Source: Candidatus Eiseniibacteriota bacterium (GTDB lineage Bacteria > Eisenbacteria > RBG-16-71-46 > CAZEPH01). From it: a DNA stretch of 64,000 bases. The DNA is taken from assembly GCA_044229145.1 (NCBI GenBank), contig JBGATO010000015.1, forward strand, positions 1-64,000. Direction: 5' to 3'. Within the stretch, counting starts at the first letter, position 1. Each line of letters begins with the position of its first letter. The notes under the pieces were generated by a model. It did no database searches and had not been told where the DNA came from. It saw only the letters and a program-made list of their open reading frames with translations. A program made the translations under genes and the position numbers. Below are positions 29,681-39,556 of this stretch, piece after piece.

Positions 29681-29802
29681 GGAATCTCCTCCTCCTCGCC
29701 GTCGCGCGCCGACGCGGCGCCCCCTGCATCCTACCAAATCTGCTGGCCCGAAAGCACGCACGGCGGCGCCGCAGGATAGCTCTGCAGCGCCGCCTCCTGC
29801 GG

Positions 29803-30768
29803 TTAGTCGAGCCGGGTGAGGCGGCCGGTGGTCACGCCGCCCGCTCCGCTGACCCGGTAGAAATACTGCCCCGCCGGGACGCGCTTGCCATCCGCGCGCT
29901 GGCCGGACCACGCGAACCGCTGCGCTCCCGCCGCCGCTTCGCCGCGGAACAACTCGGCCACCGCACGGCCTTGGGCATCGAGGACTTCGACGGCGATCGC
30001 CCCGGCCCGCGCCAACCCGAAGCTCAGCACCACGCCGCCGCGCGAGGGGTTGGGGAACGCGTGCGTCTCCACCGACACCGGTCCACGCGGCTCTTCGGCG
30101 CCGCTGGCTTGCAAGGTGATGCTGCCCACCATGCCGAGTTCGGCGTGCGGGATGCAGTGGTACGCGAGGGTGCCGGTGGTGTCGCTCACCACCCAGCGGA
30201 ACGTGGCCCCCACGTTCATCGCCCCGGAGTCGAATAGGACGCCCTCGTCGCCTCCGAGATACGTGCCGCTGGTGACCGTGTGGATGGTGTGCCCGACGTT
30301 CGTCCACTTGATGGTGTCCCCCGGCGCCGCGGTGATGGACGCGGGCGAGAAGAAGAAGGACTGCGTGGTGAGGTTGTCGTTGACCTGCACGTCGATCCGC
30401 TTCGGCGTGGTGGTCACGACGCTGACGCTCCCCTTCATTCCGAGCACTTCGTGCGGAACGCAGAAATACGGAAACTTGCCGGTCGACGTGAAGACTTTGC
30501 GGTAGGTTCCGCCGGCCGAAAGCGCCCCGGAGTCGAACGCGACACCCGCATTCGGATCGTTGATGCCGTAGCCGCTGGTCGCGGTATGGACCTGCACGCC
30601 GGTGTTCTTCCACTCGACGGTATCGCCGACCACGATGGCGACGTTTTGCGGCGAGAAACTGTACTCGGCGACGTTGATGGTCACCTTCTTGGGCTTCGCC
30701 TCGGCGGTGCCGGCAATCGCCAGGCACACGACGGCCGCGGGAAGCGCACGGCGGAACCACTGCGCCAT
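29803..30768 (-). CDS. Secreted two-domain cupredoxin with a C-terminal T9SS type-A/FlgD-Ig-like sorting domain
   Basis: Signal peptide, two complete Cu sites (HTAT...YFCVPHEVLGM and HTVT...YHCIPHAELGM), then AFPNP...V.D.QGR.V..L...W.G....G..V..G.YF.RV. AAAGGAG RBS. Confidence 0.85.
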   Translation of the reverse strand: MAQWFRRALPAAVVCLAIAGTAEAKPKKVTINVAEYSFSPQNVAIVVGDTVEWKNTGVQVHTATSGYGINDPNAGVAFDSGALSAGGTYRKVFTSTGKFPYFCVPHEVLGMKGSVSVVTTTPKRIDVQVNDNLTTQSFFFSPASITAAPGDTIKWTNVGHTIHTVTSGTYLGGDEGVLFDSGAMNVGATFRWVVSDTTGTLAYHCIPHAELGMVGSITLQASGAEEPRGPVSVETHAFPNPSRGGVVLSFGLARAGAIAVEVLDAQGRAVAELFRGEAAAGAQRFAWSGQRADGKRVPAGQYFYRVSGAGGVTTGRLTRLD

Positions 30769-31043
30769 GAGGTTCTCTCCTTTCGCTGGGCAGTCCTCCG
30801 CACCGCGATTGGCGACGCGCCTTGCACGCGCGACAACTCGCGCGTCGGGCCGAGGCCTCGCGTGGGGTGCGGACGGATGGAATGGATCGTGGGGTTCACG
30901 CAGGGCCGCGCGATGCACGTGGGGTGTGCGGCGGCCGGGAGCGAACGGCAGCGAGAGGACTACGAGAGGACGGCACTGCATCGCGCACCGAGCGGGAGCC
31001 AGCGCGCGGTCCGTGTCGCGGGAGGCGAACGCGAACGGGAGTG

Positions 31044-31073
31044 ACCCTAACAAATGGCGCGGCGCCGCGTCAA
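31044..31073 (-). promoter_or_regulatory. Putative sigma-70 promoter for the cupredoxin pair
   Basis: TTGACG-N18-TAGGGT with an extended -10 TG, about 275 nt upstream of the start at 30768. Confidence 0.4.
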
Positions 31074-31109
31074 TGCGCGCGGCACCGCGTACCCTGGAAC
31101 CGTCGCGCC

Positions 31110-32174
31110 CTACGGCGTGAGGACGATCTTGCCGGCCTTGCCCTCGGCCATCAGCGTCATCGCCTCGTCGATTTCGTGCATCTTCTTCCGGTGCGTGATG
31201 ACCGGCGCGAGGTCGAGGCGGCCTGAAAGGAGCAGCCCTTCCATGGTGTACCACGTGCTGAACAACCGGCGGCCATTGATCCCATGCACACGAGCGGAAC
31301 GGAAGATGATGCCGTTGGCGAGATCGATCGGCACCGGCTGCGTCGGCAAGCCGAACAGCACGATGTCGCCACCGCGCCGCAGCATGCGGAACGCCTGCTC
31401 GATCCCGCTCGGGTGCCCCGACATCTCCCACACGACGTCGGCCCCATGGCCGTGCGTCTCGTCCATGACTTCCTCGACCGCGTCCTGCGGGCCGCTCTCG
31501 ACCAGCCGTGTGGCCCCAAGCGTGCGCGCCAACTCGAGGCGATACTGGTTCGGGTCGATACCGATGACCGTGCGCGCTCCCATCGTGCGGGCCAGCGCCG
31601 CGCCCATGCAGCCGATCGGTCCACAGCCAACGATCGCCAGCGACGCACCCGCGAGCGGTGCGGTCTGCGCGACGTGGACGGCGTTGCCGATCGGGTCGAG
31701 GATTGCCGCGATCTCGGTCGAGATGGCATCGGGGATCGGCCAGGCATTCTGTTCCGGCACCACCGCGAATTCGGCGTGGCCGCCGTTGACGTCCACGCCG
31801 AGGATCGAGCCACGCTCGCAAATGTGGCCGAGGCCGGTGCGGCAGGTGTAGCAAAGACCGCAATAGATGTGACCTTCGGCGGTGATGCGCTGGCCGACCC
31901 GCACCGTGTGCACTTCGGCGCCCACCTCGACGACGCGTCCGGTGAATTCGTGCCCGACGATCACCGGCGGCTTGAGGCGCGACGCCGACCACGCATCCCA
32001 CTTATAGATGTGCAGGTCGGTGCCGCAAATGCCGGCCGCTTCGACCTTGAGCAACACGTCGAACGGTCCGATGCGCGGGCGTTCGACCTCTTGGTACGTC
32101 AGGCCCGGGCCGGCCGTCGTCTTCACCAGCGCGTGCATGGTGTCCGTCGTCACCGTCATGCTCCCCATCCGCAT
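31110..32174 (-). CDS. tdh: L-threonine 3-dehydrogenase
   Basis: AGICGTDLHIY.WD.W, GHEF.G, AEGH..CG.C..C..G..H.C, VVWEMSG, GINGR.LFSTWY, GK.GKIVL. The start may instead be 32168 or 32159. Confidence 0.88.
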   Translation of the reverse strand: MRMGSMTVTTDTMHALVKTTAGPGLTYQEVERPRIGPFDVLLKVEAAGICGTDLHIYKWDAWSASRLKPPVIVGHEFTGRVVEVGAEVHTVRVGQRITAEGHIYCGLCYTCRTGLGHICERGSILGVDVNGGHAEFAVVPEQNAWPIPDAISTEIAAILDPIGNAVHVAQTAPLAGASLAIVGCGPIGCMGAALARTMGARTVIGIDPNQYRLELARTLGATRLVESGPQDAVEEVMDETHGHGADVVWEMSGHPSGIEQAFRMLRRGGDIVLFGLPTQPVPIDLANGIIFRSARVHGINGRRLFSTWYTMEGLLLSGRLDLAPVITHRKKMHEIDEAMTLMAEGKAGKIVLTP

Positions 32175-32181
32175 GCCCCTC

Positions 32182-35124
32182 CTACCGCGCGCGGCCTCCA
32201 CCACGTCGTGACACGGACGGCGTGGCACCGAGCTCCTCGCGCAGTGCCTGTCCGGTGTACGACGCCGCCACGGCGGCAATCTCCTCGGGCGTCCCGGTCG
32301 CGATGATGCGCCCGCCCTCCTCGCCGCCTTCCGGCCCGAGGTCCAGAATGTAATCGGCCGACTTGATCACGTCGACATTGTGCTCGATCACCAGCACCGT
32401 ATTGCCGACATCGACCAGACGCGCCAGCACTTGCAGAAGCAAGCGCACGTCCTCGAAGTGCAGGCCGGTGGTCGGCTCATCCAGAATGTACAGCGTTCGC
32501 CCGGTGGCGACGCGGGAAAGCTCGGAGGCCAATTTGACGCGTTGGGCCTCGCCACCCGACATCGTGGTGGCCGACTGCCCGAGGTGCAGGTAGCCAAGAC
32601 CGACGTCGCGCAGTGTCTCGAGTTTCCGCTTGAGCGATGGAATGCTACTGAAGAAGGTACACGCATCGTCCACCGTCATCTCCAGCACGTCGGCGATCGA
32701 TTGCCCGCGATACAGCACTTCCAGCGTCTCGCGGTTGTAGCGGCGCCCGCGGCACACTTCGCAGTGCACGTACACGTCGGGCAGGAAGTGCATCTCGATC
32801 TTGACCGTGCCGTCACCCTGGCACGCTTCGCAGCGCCCGCCCTTGACGTTGAACGAGAACCGCCCCGGCCCGTAGCCGCGCATGCGCGACTCTTGCGTCT
32901 GCGCGAACAAGTCCCGGATGAAGGTGAAGAGGCCGGTATAGGTAGCGGCGTTCGAGCGTGGCGTCCGTCCGATCGGCGACTGGTCGATCGCCACGACCTT
33001 GTCGATTGCATCGAGGCCGCGCACCTCGTCGTGCGCCCCCGGCGGATCCTGGGCGCCGTGCAGCGACTGCGCCAGGGCGCGATACAAGATGTCGTTGACG
33101 AGCGTGCTCTTGCCGGAGCCCGAGACGCCCGTCACCACCACGAGCTGCCCGAGCGGAATCCGCGCGTCGACGCGATGCAGGTTGTTCTCGCGGGCGCCGC
33201 GCACCTCGATCCACTTGCCGCTGCCGGACCGGCGCGTCGGCGGCACGGCCACGGCCGCGGCTCCCGACAGGAAGCGCCCGGTGAGGGACGCGGGTCGCGC
33301 CATGACTTCCGCCGGCGTTCCGGCGGCGACGACTTCCCCCCCGTGCCGACCAGCGCCCGGCCCGAGGTCGACCAGGTAGTCCGCCGCCAGCATGGTGTCC
33401 TTGTCGTGTTCGACCACGATCACGGTGTTGCCGAGATCGCGCAGCGCGAGCAGCGTGCGCAGCAATCGCAAATTATCGCGGTGGTGCAGGCCGATGCTGG
33501 GCTCGTCGAGGATGTAGAGCACGCCGGTCAATCCGCTGCCGATCTGCGTCGCCAATCGAATACGCTGCGCCTCGCCGCCCGCCAACGTCGCCGCCGAGCG
33601 GTCGAGCGTCAGGTAGCCGAGTCCGACGTCTGCCAGGAACGACAAACGCGTGCGAATCTCCTTGAGGATTTGCGTGGCGATCGTCGCCTCGCGGTCGCTG
33701 AGCGTCAGGCCAGACACGTGCGCGAGCGCCGCCTTCACCGACAGCGTCGTCATGTCGGCGATCGACTGTCCGCCCACCAGCACCGCGAGCGACGACGGCT
33801 TGAGCCGCTTGCCGCCGCACGTCTGGCACGGATGCAGCCCCATGAAACTCTCAATCCATTCGCGGATGCCTTCGCTGCCGGTCTCGTGGTAGCGCCGCAT
33901 CAGATTCGGGATCGCCCCTTCGAACGAACCGCGATACTGGTAGCGGCTCTTCTTTCCCTTGAAGTCGAAGTTGTACTCAGCCTCGCCGGACCCGTGCAGC
34001 AGGATCTTGCGGACCGGTGCTGGCAGCGTCTTCCACGGCGTGTCGAGTGAGAACTTCAGCTCCTTGGCGAGTGACTTGAGCTGCACGCCGACCCACATGC
34101 CATCGCCCTTGCCCCAGGGTGCCACCGCTCCCTCGGTGAGCGACTTGGTTGCATCGGGCACCACGCGCCGCTCCTCGACCTCGAGTTTCACGCCGAGGCC
34201 GCTGCAATCCGGGCACGCGCCGTAGGGACTGTTGAATGAGAACATGCGGGGCACGAGTTCGTCGTACGCGATGCCGCAGGCGACGCAGGCGTGCTTCTCG
34301 CTGAACACGAGTTCGTCCCCGCCCTGTATCGCGACCCGCACCACGCCACCGCCGGCGTTCACTGCAGTCTCCAGCGAATCTGCGATGCGCCGCGTCTGCG
34401 ACGCGTCGACGCTGAGGCGATCGACCACAATTTCGATGGTGTGCTTCTTGTTCTTCTCCAAGGCGATGTCGTCTTCGAGGTCGCGAATGCTGCCGTCGAT
34501 CCGCGCGCGCAGGTAGCCTTGCTTCCGCGCGTGCTCGAGCTCTTTCTTGTACTCGCCCTTGCGGCCGGTCACGAGCGGGGCGAGCACTTGAAGTTTGGTG
34601 CCGGCGGGCAACGCCATCACACGATCGACCATTTCCTGGACGGTCTGGCGGCTGACCACCGCACCGCACTGGGAGCAGTGCTGCACGCCGATGCGCGAAA
34701 ACAACAGACGCAAGTAGTCGTAGATCTCGGTGATCGTCGCCACCGTCGAGCGCGGATTGCGTCCGGCGGTGCGCTGCTCGATCGAGATCGCGGGCGACAG
34801 ACCTTCGATCTGGTCGACGTCCGGCTTTTCCATTTGCCCGAGGAATTGACGCGCGTATGCGGAGAGCGACTCGACGTAGCGCCGCTGCCCTTCCGCGTAG
34901 AGGGTGTCGAACGCGAGCGAGGACTTGCCGGACCCGGACACGCCGGTGATGACCACCAGCGCGTTGCGCGGCAAAGTCAGCGAGATGTTGCGGAGGTTGT
35001 GCTCGCGGGCTCCACGGATGACGATCGCGCCGGGCGACGGTGCCGGACCACGCACCGGTGCGGGCGCAACGGAGCGGCGGGACGTGGATCCTGCGGCGGG
35101 TGTACGCGAGGCGGCGGGGCTCAT
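32182..35124 (-). CDS. uvrA: Excinuclease ABC subunit A
   Basis: GAREHNL, GVSGSGKSSLAFDTLYAEGQRRYVESLS, two ABC modules, zinc fingers, FSFNVKGGRCEAC. Confidence 0.98.
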   Translation of the reverse strand: MSPAASRTPAAGSTSRRSVAPAPVRGPAPSPGAIVIRGAREHNLRNISLTLPRNALVVITGVSGSGKSSLAFDTLYAEGQRRYVESLSAYARQFLGQMEKPDVDQIEGLSPAISIEQRTAGRNPRSTVATITEIYDYLRLLFSRIGVQHCSQCGAVVSRQTVQEMVDRVMALPAGTKLQVLAPLVTGRKGEYKKELEHARKQGYLRARIDGSIRDLEDDIALEKNKKHTIEIVVDRLSVDASQTRRIADSLETAVNAGGGVVRVAIQGGDELVFSEKHACVACGIAYDELVPRMFSFNSPYGACPDCSGLGVKLEVEERRVVPDATKSLTEGAVAPWGKGDGMWVGVQLKSLAKELKFSLDTPWKTLPAPVRKILLHGSGEAEYNFDFKGKKSRYQYRGSFEGAIPNLMRRYHETGSEGIREWIESFMGLHPCQTCGGKRLKPSSLAVLVGGQSIADMTTLSVKAALAHVSGLTLSDREATIATQILKEIRTRLSFLADVGLGYLTLDRSAATLAGGEAQRIRLATQIGSGLTGVLYILDEPSIGLHHRDNLRLLRTLLALRDLGNTVIVVEHDKDTMLAADYLVDLGPGAGRHGGEVVAAGTPAEVMARPASLTGRFLSGAAAVAVPPTRRSGSGKWIEVRGARENNLHRVDARIPLGQLVVVTGVSGSGKSTLVNDILYRALAQSLHGAQDPPGAHDEVRGLDAIDKVVAIDQSPIGRTPRSNAATYTGLFTFIRDLFAQTQESRMRGYGPGRFSFNVKGGRCEACQGDGTVKIEMHFLPDVYVHCEVCRGRRYNRETLEVLYRGQSIADVLEMTVDDACTFFSSIPSLKRKLETLRDVGLGYLHLGQSATTMSGGEAQRVKLASELSRVATGRTLYILDEPTTGLHFEDVRLLLQVLARLVDVGNTVLVIEHNVDVIKSADYILDLGPEGGEEGGRIIATGTPEEIAAVAASYTGQALREELGATPSVSRRGGGRAR

Positions 35125-35167
35125 GCAGGCCTCCGCCGCGAGAAGTCAGTGCCGGTCATGGGGCGGC

Positions 35168-35196
35168 AGTATACACGCCGGGCGGCACATCCGTTC
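35168..35196 (-). promoter_or_regulatory. uvrA promoter (extended -10) with a possible LexA-like operator
   Basis: TGTATACT -10 box. GAAC-GGAT-GTGC (35185-35196) overlaps the -35 region. Confidence 0.35.
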
Positions 35197-35223
35197 ACCA
35201 AATCGCCCGGGCGAAACGAAGAT

Positions 35224-35487
35224 TTACTTCGCGCGCGGCTCCAGGAGCCGGCAGAAGGCGTTGTACAGGAGCGCGAACGCGCCAGCCACGACCATGCCGT
35301 AGACGAACGCCCACACCATCCCGACGACGCAGCCACCGGGCGTCAGGCTGTAGCCAGGAAAGAACTTGCGCAGGAGTAAGAGCGTCTGGCCGCCCTCGAC
35401 CTGCATGGCGCGCACGGACGCCAGCAAGACGCCGCCGCTGGTGACCACGCCGGCAGCCAGGCCCACAGCCAACGGTCGCAAACTCAT
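35224..35487 (-). CDS. Small membrane protein (87 aa; resembles the 'putative holin'-annotated membrane family)
   Basis: Hydrophobic helices and FPGYSLTPGGCVVG.VWAFVYG...A.LYN. GGAGGAG RBS upstream. Confidence 0.65.
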   Translation of the reverse strand: MSLRPLAVGLAAGVVTSGGVLLASVRAMQVEGGQTLLLLRKFFPGYSLTPGGCVVGMVWAFVYGMVVAGAFALLYNAFCRLLEPRAK

Positions 35488-35494
35488 GCTCGTG

Positions 35495-36334
35495 TCACTC
35501 CTCCGCGGGACGAATCGGTTCGGGAACTGCTCCGACGTGCTCCACCATACCACCTCCCGGCGGGACGCGTCCCGTTCCGTGCTCCGGGCCGGGCGAGCAC
35601 GCGCACTCGATGCGCCGGAGCGTTCGCCATGCCGACCACGTGGCCACACAACCGATCGCGCCCCACGCGGCCCCGGCGACCCAATGCCCGCCTGGCGCTT
35701 CGACAGCGTCCCGCGACATGGCACCTGAGCCCGCCAACCCCGCCGCCAGCACCACGATGCCGGCATTGACGCACACATGGACGATGACACCAGGCAGGAC
35801 GCTCCCCATTGCCCAGGCGCCCCGCGCCAGGAGGAAGCCCATGACGGCAGTCGGCAGAAGTTTGAACGGCTGGACGTGCGCCAGGGCGAACGCCGCCGTC
35901 GTCACGCCGACCGCCCATCCGCGCGAGCCCCCCGCCCCGAGCCATGTCAGGCCGAACCCGCGAAACATCAATTCCTCGGCCACCGGCGCCAGGAGTCCGA
36001 CCGGAACGACGAGCGCCCACGGATGCGACAAGATGCCCCGCGCGAGATCGGCATATGCGTCCGCCGACGTCTCGACCGCCGGAATCGCCAGGACGCAGGC
36101 AACCGAGAGCGCCGCGTACGCCAGCACGACGTCCCGCATCCAGCGGGAGAGCAGCGGCCGTGCGGCGACCGGAGGAGCCTGGAGCCGCAGAGCCCGCCGC
36201 AACGGCAACGCGATCAGCGTGCTGCTCGCGAGCACGACGCCGAGAGCGAGCAGCTGTCCCCACGTCCACGCGGCGAGGTGCCGATCGCGCCAGTGATACG
36301 CCAAACCGGGCGCGACAGCGAACAGCACGAACAC
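35495..36334 (-). CDS. CPBP (CAAX protease/Abi) family intramembrane metalloprotease
   Basis: APVAEELMFRG, FALAH and HVCVN motifs. The start is uncertain because the frame stays open to about 36406. Confidence 0.85.
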   Translation of the reverse strand: MFVLFAVAPGLAYHWRDRHLAAWTWGQLLALGVVLASSTLIALPLRRALRLQAPPVAARPLLSRWMRDVVLAYAALSVACVLAIPAVETSADAYADLARGILSHPWALVVPVGLLAPVAEELMFRGFGLTWLGAGGSRGWAVGVTTAAFALAHVQPFKLLPTAVMGFLLARGAWAMGSVLPGVIVHVCVNAGIVVLAAGLAGSGAMSRDAVEAPGGHWVAGAAWGAIGCVATWSAWRTLRRIECACSPGPEHGTGRVPPGGGMVEHVGAVPEPIRPAEE

Positions 36335-36398
36335 GCTGACGAAACCGACGAGCCGGAGCCAGAGCGGCTGCGCCCGCGGCTCCAGGGTGTCGCCAAAG

Positions 36399-37646
36399 CT
36401 ATTCGTAGCGCAGCGCCTCCACTGGATCGAGTGACGCAGCCTTCAACGCCGGATACGTCCCGAAGAACAGCCCGACGGCCGCGGAGAATGCGACGCCGAC
36501 GAGCGGTGTCCACAGTGGCACGCCCGAGGGCAGGTGCGTCAGCGCCGACACCAGCGCCGCCACCCCGAGGCCCAGCAAGACCCCGAGAACACCTCCCACC
36601 GCAGTGAGCGTCGACGCCTCCACCAAGAACTGCCACAGGATGTCGCTGCGCCGCGCGCCGATCGCCTTGCGCATGCCGATCTCGTGGGTGCGTTCCCGCA
36701 CGCTGACCAGCATGATGTTCATCACGCCGATCCCGCCGACCAGCAGCGCGATCGACGAGATGAACATGAGCACCGTGAAGAATCCGCCGGTGATTTGGTC
36801 ATAGAGCTTGAGGAACGTATCCGAGGTGAGGATCTCGAAGTCGTCGGGTTTGTCGGCCCGCACGCCGCGGCGGCGGCGCAGGAGTTCCGTCACCTGGTCG
36901 ATCGCCGGCTGCACCGATTCCGCGCCGCGGGCTTTGATCGCGAGATAGAAATACTGATCGCTGCCGAAACGCTTTTCGCTCGTGGTGTACGGAATCACCA
37001 CGACGTCGTCCCATGAGTCGCCCAGGAGTTTGCCGCGCTTCTCGAAGACGCCGACGACCGTAAACGTGCTGCCGCCCAGCCGCACGTTCTTCCCGATCGG
37101 GTCGCTCGTGAACACCGCCTCTTCGGCGTCCGTTCCCAGCACGCACACGGCCGCGGAGCGCCGAACCTCTTCGTCCGTGAAGAAGCGCCCCCGCTCGACG
37201 AAGGTGTTGTTGGTTTCCTGGTACGACGCGGACGCGCCGACGGTCTCCATCGGCTGGCTGACCTTGCCGCGGTACGACAAGCGCACGCTGGTATCCCAGC
37301 CCGGCGACACTTCCTCGACCGCGGGGCAATAGGCGGCGATGGCACGCGCATCGTCGGTGGTGAGCTTCTTGCGCGCTCGCACACTGTCCGGCACCGCGCC
37401 AGGGCCGCCGCCGCCCGAGTAGCGCGTCACGTAGATGACGTCGCTGCCGAGCGAACGCAGCTGCTTGGCAGTGGACGCATTGAGACCTTGGATGACCGCC
37501 ACCATCCCGACCAGCGTGGTGACACCGACCACCACGCCGAGCACGGTGAGCGCCGAACGCAGCTTGTTCGCGCGCAGCGACATCAGGCCCATCAGGACGC
37601 CTTCGCGAAGGATCCGCCCCTGCGATGTGCTCCAGAAATTCGCCAT
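36399..37646 (-). CDS. MacB-like ABC transporter permease
   Basis: [54 protein letters not shown]. Confidence 0.92.
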   Translation of the reverse strand: MANFWSTSQGRILREGVLMGLMSLRANKLRSALTVLGVVVGVTTLVGMVAVIQGLNASTAKQLRSLGSDVIYVTRYSGGGGPGAVPDSVRARKKLTTDDARAIAAYCPAVEEVSPGWDTSVRLSYRGKVSQPMETVGASASYQETNNTFVERGRFFTDEEVRRSAAVCVLGTDAEEAVFTSDPIGKNVRLGGSTFTVVGVFEKRGKLLGDSWDDVVVIPYTTSEKRFGSDQYFYLAIKARGAESVQPAIDQVTELLRRRRGVRADKPDDFEILTSDTFLKLYDQITGGFFTVLMFISSIALLVGGIGVMNIMLVSVRERTHEIGMRKAIGARRSDILWQFLVEASTLTAVGGVLGVLLGLGVAALVSALTHLPSGVPLWTPLVGVAFSAAVGLFFGTYPALKAASLDPVEALRYE

Positions 37647-38864
37647 CTACTCGTACCGCAGCGCTTCGATAGGATCGAGGCGCGCCGCCCGGGATGCGGG
37701 ATAGATGCCGAAGAACAAGCCGACAGATGACGACACCAACAACCCGAGCGCAACCGACCACCATTCCACCTTGGCCGGCAGCGGCGAGAACTTGGCGATC
37801 GCGCCGGCGATCAGCGCGCCCATGAGCACCCCGAGCAGACCGCCCGCTCCGGCGAGGATCGACGACTCGATGAGGAACTGCTGCATGATATCGGCGCGCC
37901 GCGCGCCCAGAGACTTGCGGATGCCGATCTCGCGCGTTCGCTCGGTGACCGACACCAGCATGATGTTCATCACCACGATGCCGCCGACCAACAACGACAG
38001 ACCGGCGATACCGATCATGGCGCCATAAAGTCCCGCGGTGAAGTTCTTGTAGAAGGTCAGGAACATCTCCGAACTCATGATCGCGAAATCGTCCTCGACG
38101 CCCGGGCGCAGGTGGTGCCGCCGGCGCATGATCGCCTTGACCTCGTCCTGCGCGGCGGGCGCCATGGCTTGGGAGGTCGATTTGAACAGGATGGTCGGCG
38201 AGAACCGGCGCTTGAACACGCGCTCGAACGCGCCGTACGGCACCTGCGCGATGTTGTCCTGCGACTGCCCGAGCACGCTTCCTTGCTTCTGGAAGAATCC
38301 GATCACTTCGAAGCTGCGCCCCTGCACGCGCACCGAGCGGCCGATCGGATCCGCGCCGCCGAAGAGGGCCTCCACGACATCGTGCCCGAGTACGATGACC
38401 TGCCGGCTCTTGAGTACGTCTTCACGTCCGACGCGGCGCCCCGCCGCCAACTCGGCCGACTCCATGTGTTCCATGCCGTCGGTGACGCCTTGCACGCCAA
38501 CGTTGCCGCGCGTCGCCCTGCCGTACTTGATCTTGCCGCGGGCGAACGACTGCACCGCGACATACGCGACGTGCGGCGCGACTTCGCGGATTTCCTCGGC
38601 GTCCAGCAGCGTGAGATCCGGCCGCTTCTGCGCCTTTTCCCACTCGTCTTCGCTGGGGTTGATGCCGTACTTGTCGAGATAATTGACGTTGCTGCCGGTG
38701 TCGAGCAGTTTGTCCGCGACGTACTGATTCAGTCCCTGGACGATCGACACCACCGCGATGACCGCGGTGACGCCGATGATGATGCCGAGCAGCGTGAGGA
38801 ACGACCGCAGCGTGTTGGCGCGGATCGACTGCACCGACAGCCGCAGGCTTTCCCCAAGGATCAT
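37647..38864 (-). CDS. MacB-like ABC transporter permease
   Basis: [47 protein letters not shown]. Confidence 0.92.
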   Translation of the reverse strand: MILGESLRLSVQSIRANTLRSFLTLLGIIIGVTAVIAVVSIVQGLNQYVADKLLDTGSNVNYLDKYGINPSEDEWEKAQKRPDLTLLDAEEIREVAPHVAYVAVQSFARGKIKYGRATRGNVGVQGVTDGMEHMESAELAAGRRVGREDVLKSRQVIVLGHDVVEALFGGADPIGRSVRVQGRSFEVIGFFQKQGSVLGQSQDNIAQVPYGAFERVFKRRFSPTILFKSTSQAMAPAAQDEVKAIMRRRHHLRPGVEDDFAIMSSEMFLTFYKNFTAGLYGAMIGIAGLSLLVGGIVVMNIMLVSVTERTREIGIRKSLGARRADIMQQFLIESSILAGAGGLLGVLMGALIAGAIAKFSPLPAKVEWWSVALGLLVSSSVGLFFGIYPASRAARLDPIEALRYE

Positions 38865-39556
38865 CGCGCCTCCGCCGGCGTCCGGCGGGTATCCGACTCG
38901 ATGCCGCCGTCATGGATGCGGACCACGCGATGGGCGTGCGCCGCGATCGACTCTTCGTGCGTCACCAACACAACGGTGTTCCCGGCGTTGTGGATGTCGC
39001 CGAGGATGCGCATGATCTCCTCGCCGGTCTTCGAGTCGAGGTTTCCAGTGGGTTCGTCCGCCAGGATGAGAGACGGATTGTTGACGAGCGCACGCGCAAT
39101 CGCCACGCGCTGACGCTGGCCGCCGGAGAGCTGATTCGGACGGTGCGACATGCGCGAGCCCAATCCGACCGCCTCCAGCGCACCTTTGGCACGCGCGTGA
39201 CGCTCGGCCGGCGGCGTGCCGTTGTAGATGAGCGGCAGTTCGACATTGGCCAGCGCCGTCGCGCGCGCGAGCAGATTGAACGTCTGGAACACGAAGCCGA
39301 TCTCGCGATTGCGGATCCGCGCCAGTTCGTCGTCCGTGAGCGTGCGAATCTCGTGGTCATTGAGCTTGTAGGAACCCGACGTCGGCGTGTCGAGGCAGCC
39401 GAGGATGTTCATCAGCGTCGACTTGCCGGACCCCGAGGGCCCCATGATGGCGATGTACTCGCCGCGTTCGACCTGCAGGCTCACGCCGCTCAGCGCGTAG
39501 ACCTTCTCGTCGCCAACGTCGTAGATCTTGGCGATATCGTGGATGTCGATTAGCAT
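38861..39556 (-). CDS. ABC transporter ATP-binding protein (MacB/LolD-like)
   Basis: [36 protein letters not shown]. Confidence 0.94.
   Translation of the reverse strand: MLIDIHDIAKIYDVGDEKVYALSGVSLQVERGEYIAIMGPSGSGKSTLMNILGCLDTPTSGSYKLNDHEIRTLTDDELARIRNREIGFVFQTFNLLARATALANVELPLIYNGTPPAERHARAKGALEAVGLGSRMSHRPNQLSGGQRQRVAIARALVNNPSLILADEPTGNLDSKTGEEIMRILGDIHNAGNTVVLVTHEESIAAHAHRVVRIHDGGIESDTRRTPAEAR

Noticed and set aside
35224..35487. Prophage inferred from the holin-like small membrane protein
   Set aside because: There is no endolysin, integrase or structural phage gene, and this family is common in non-phage contexts.
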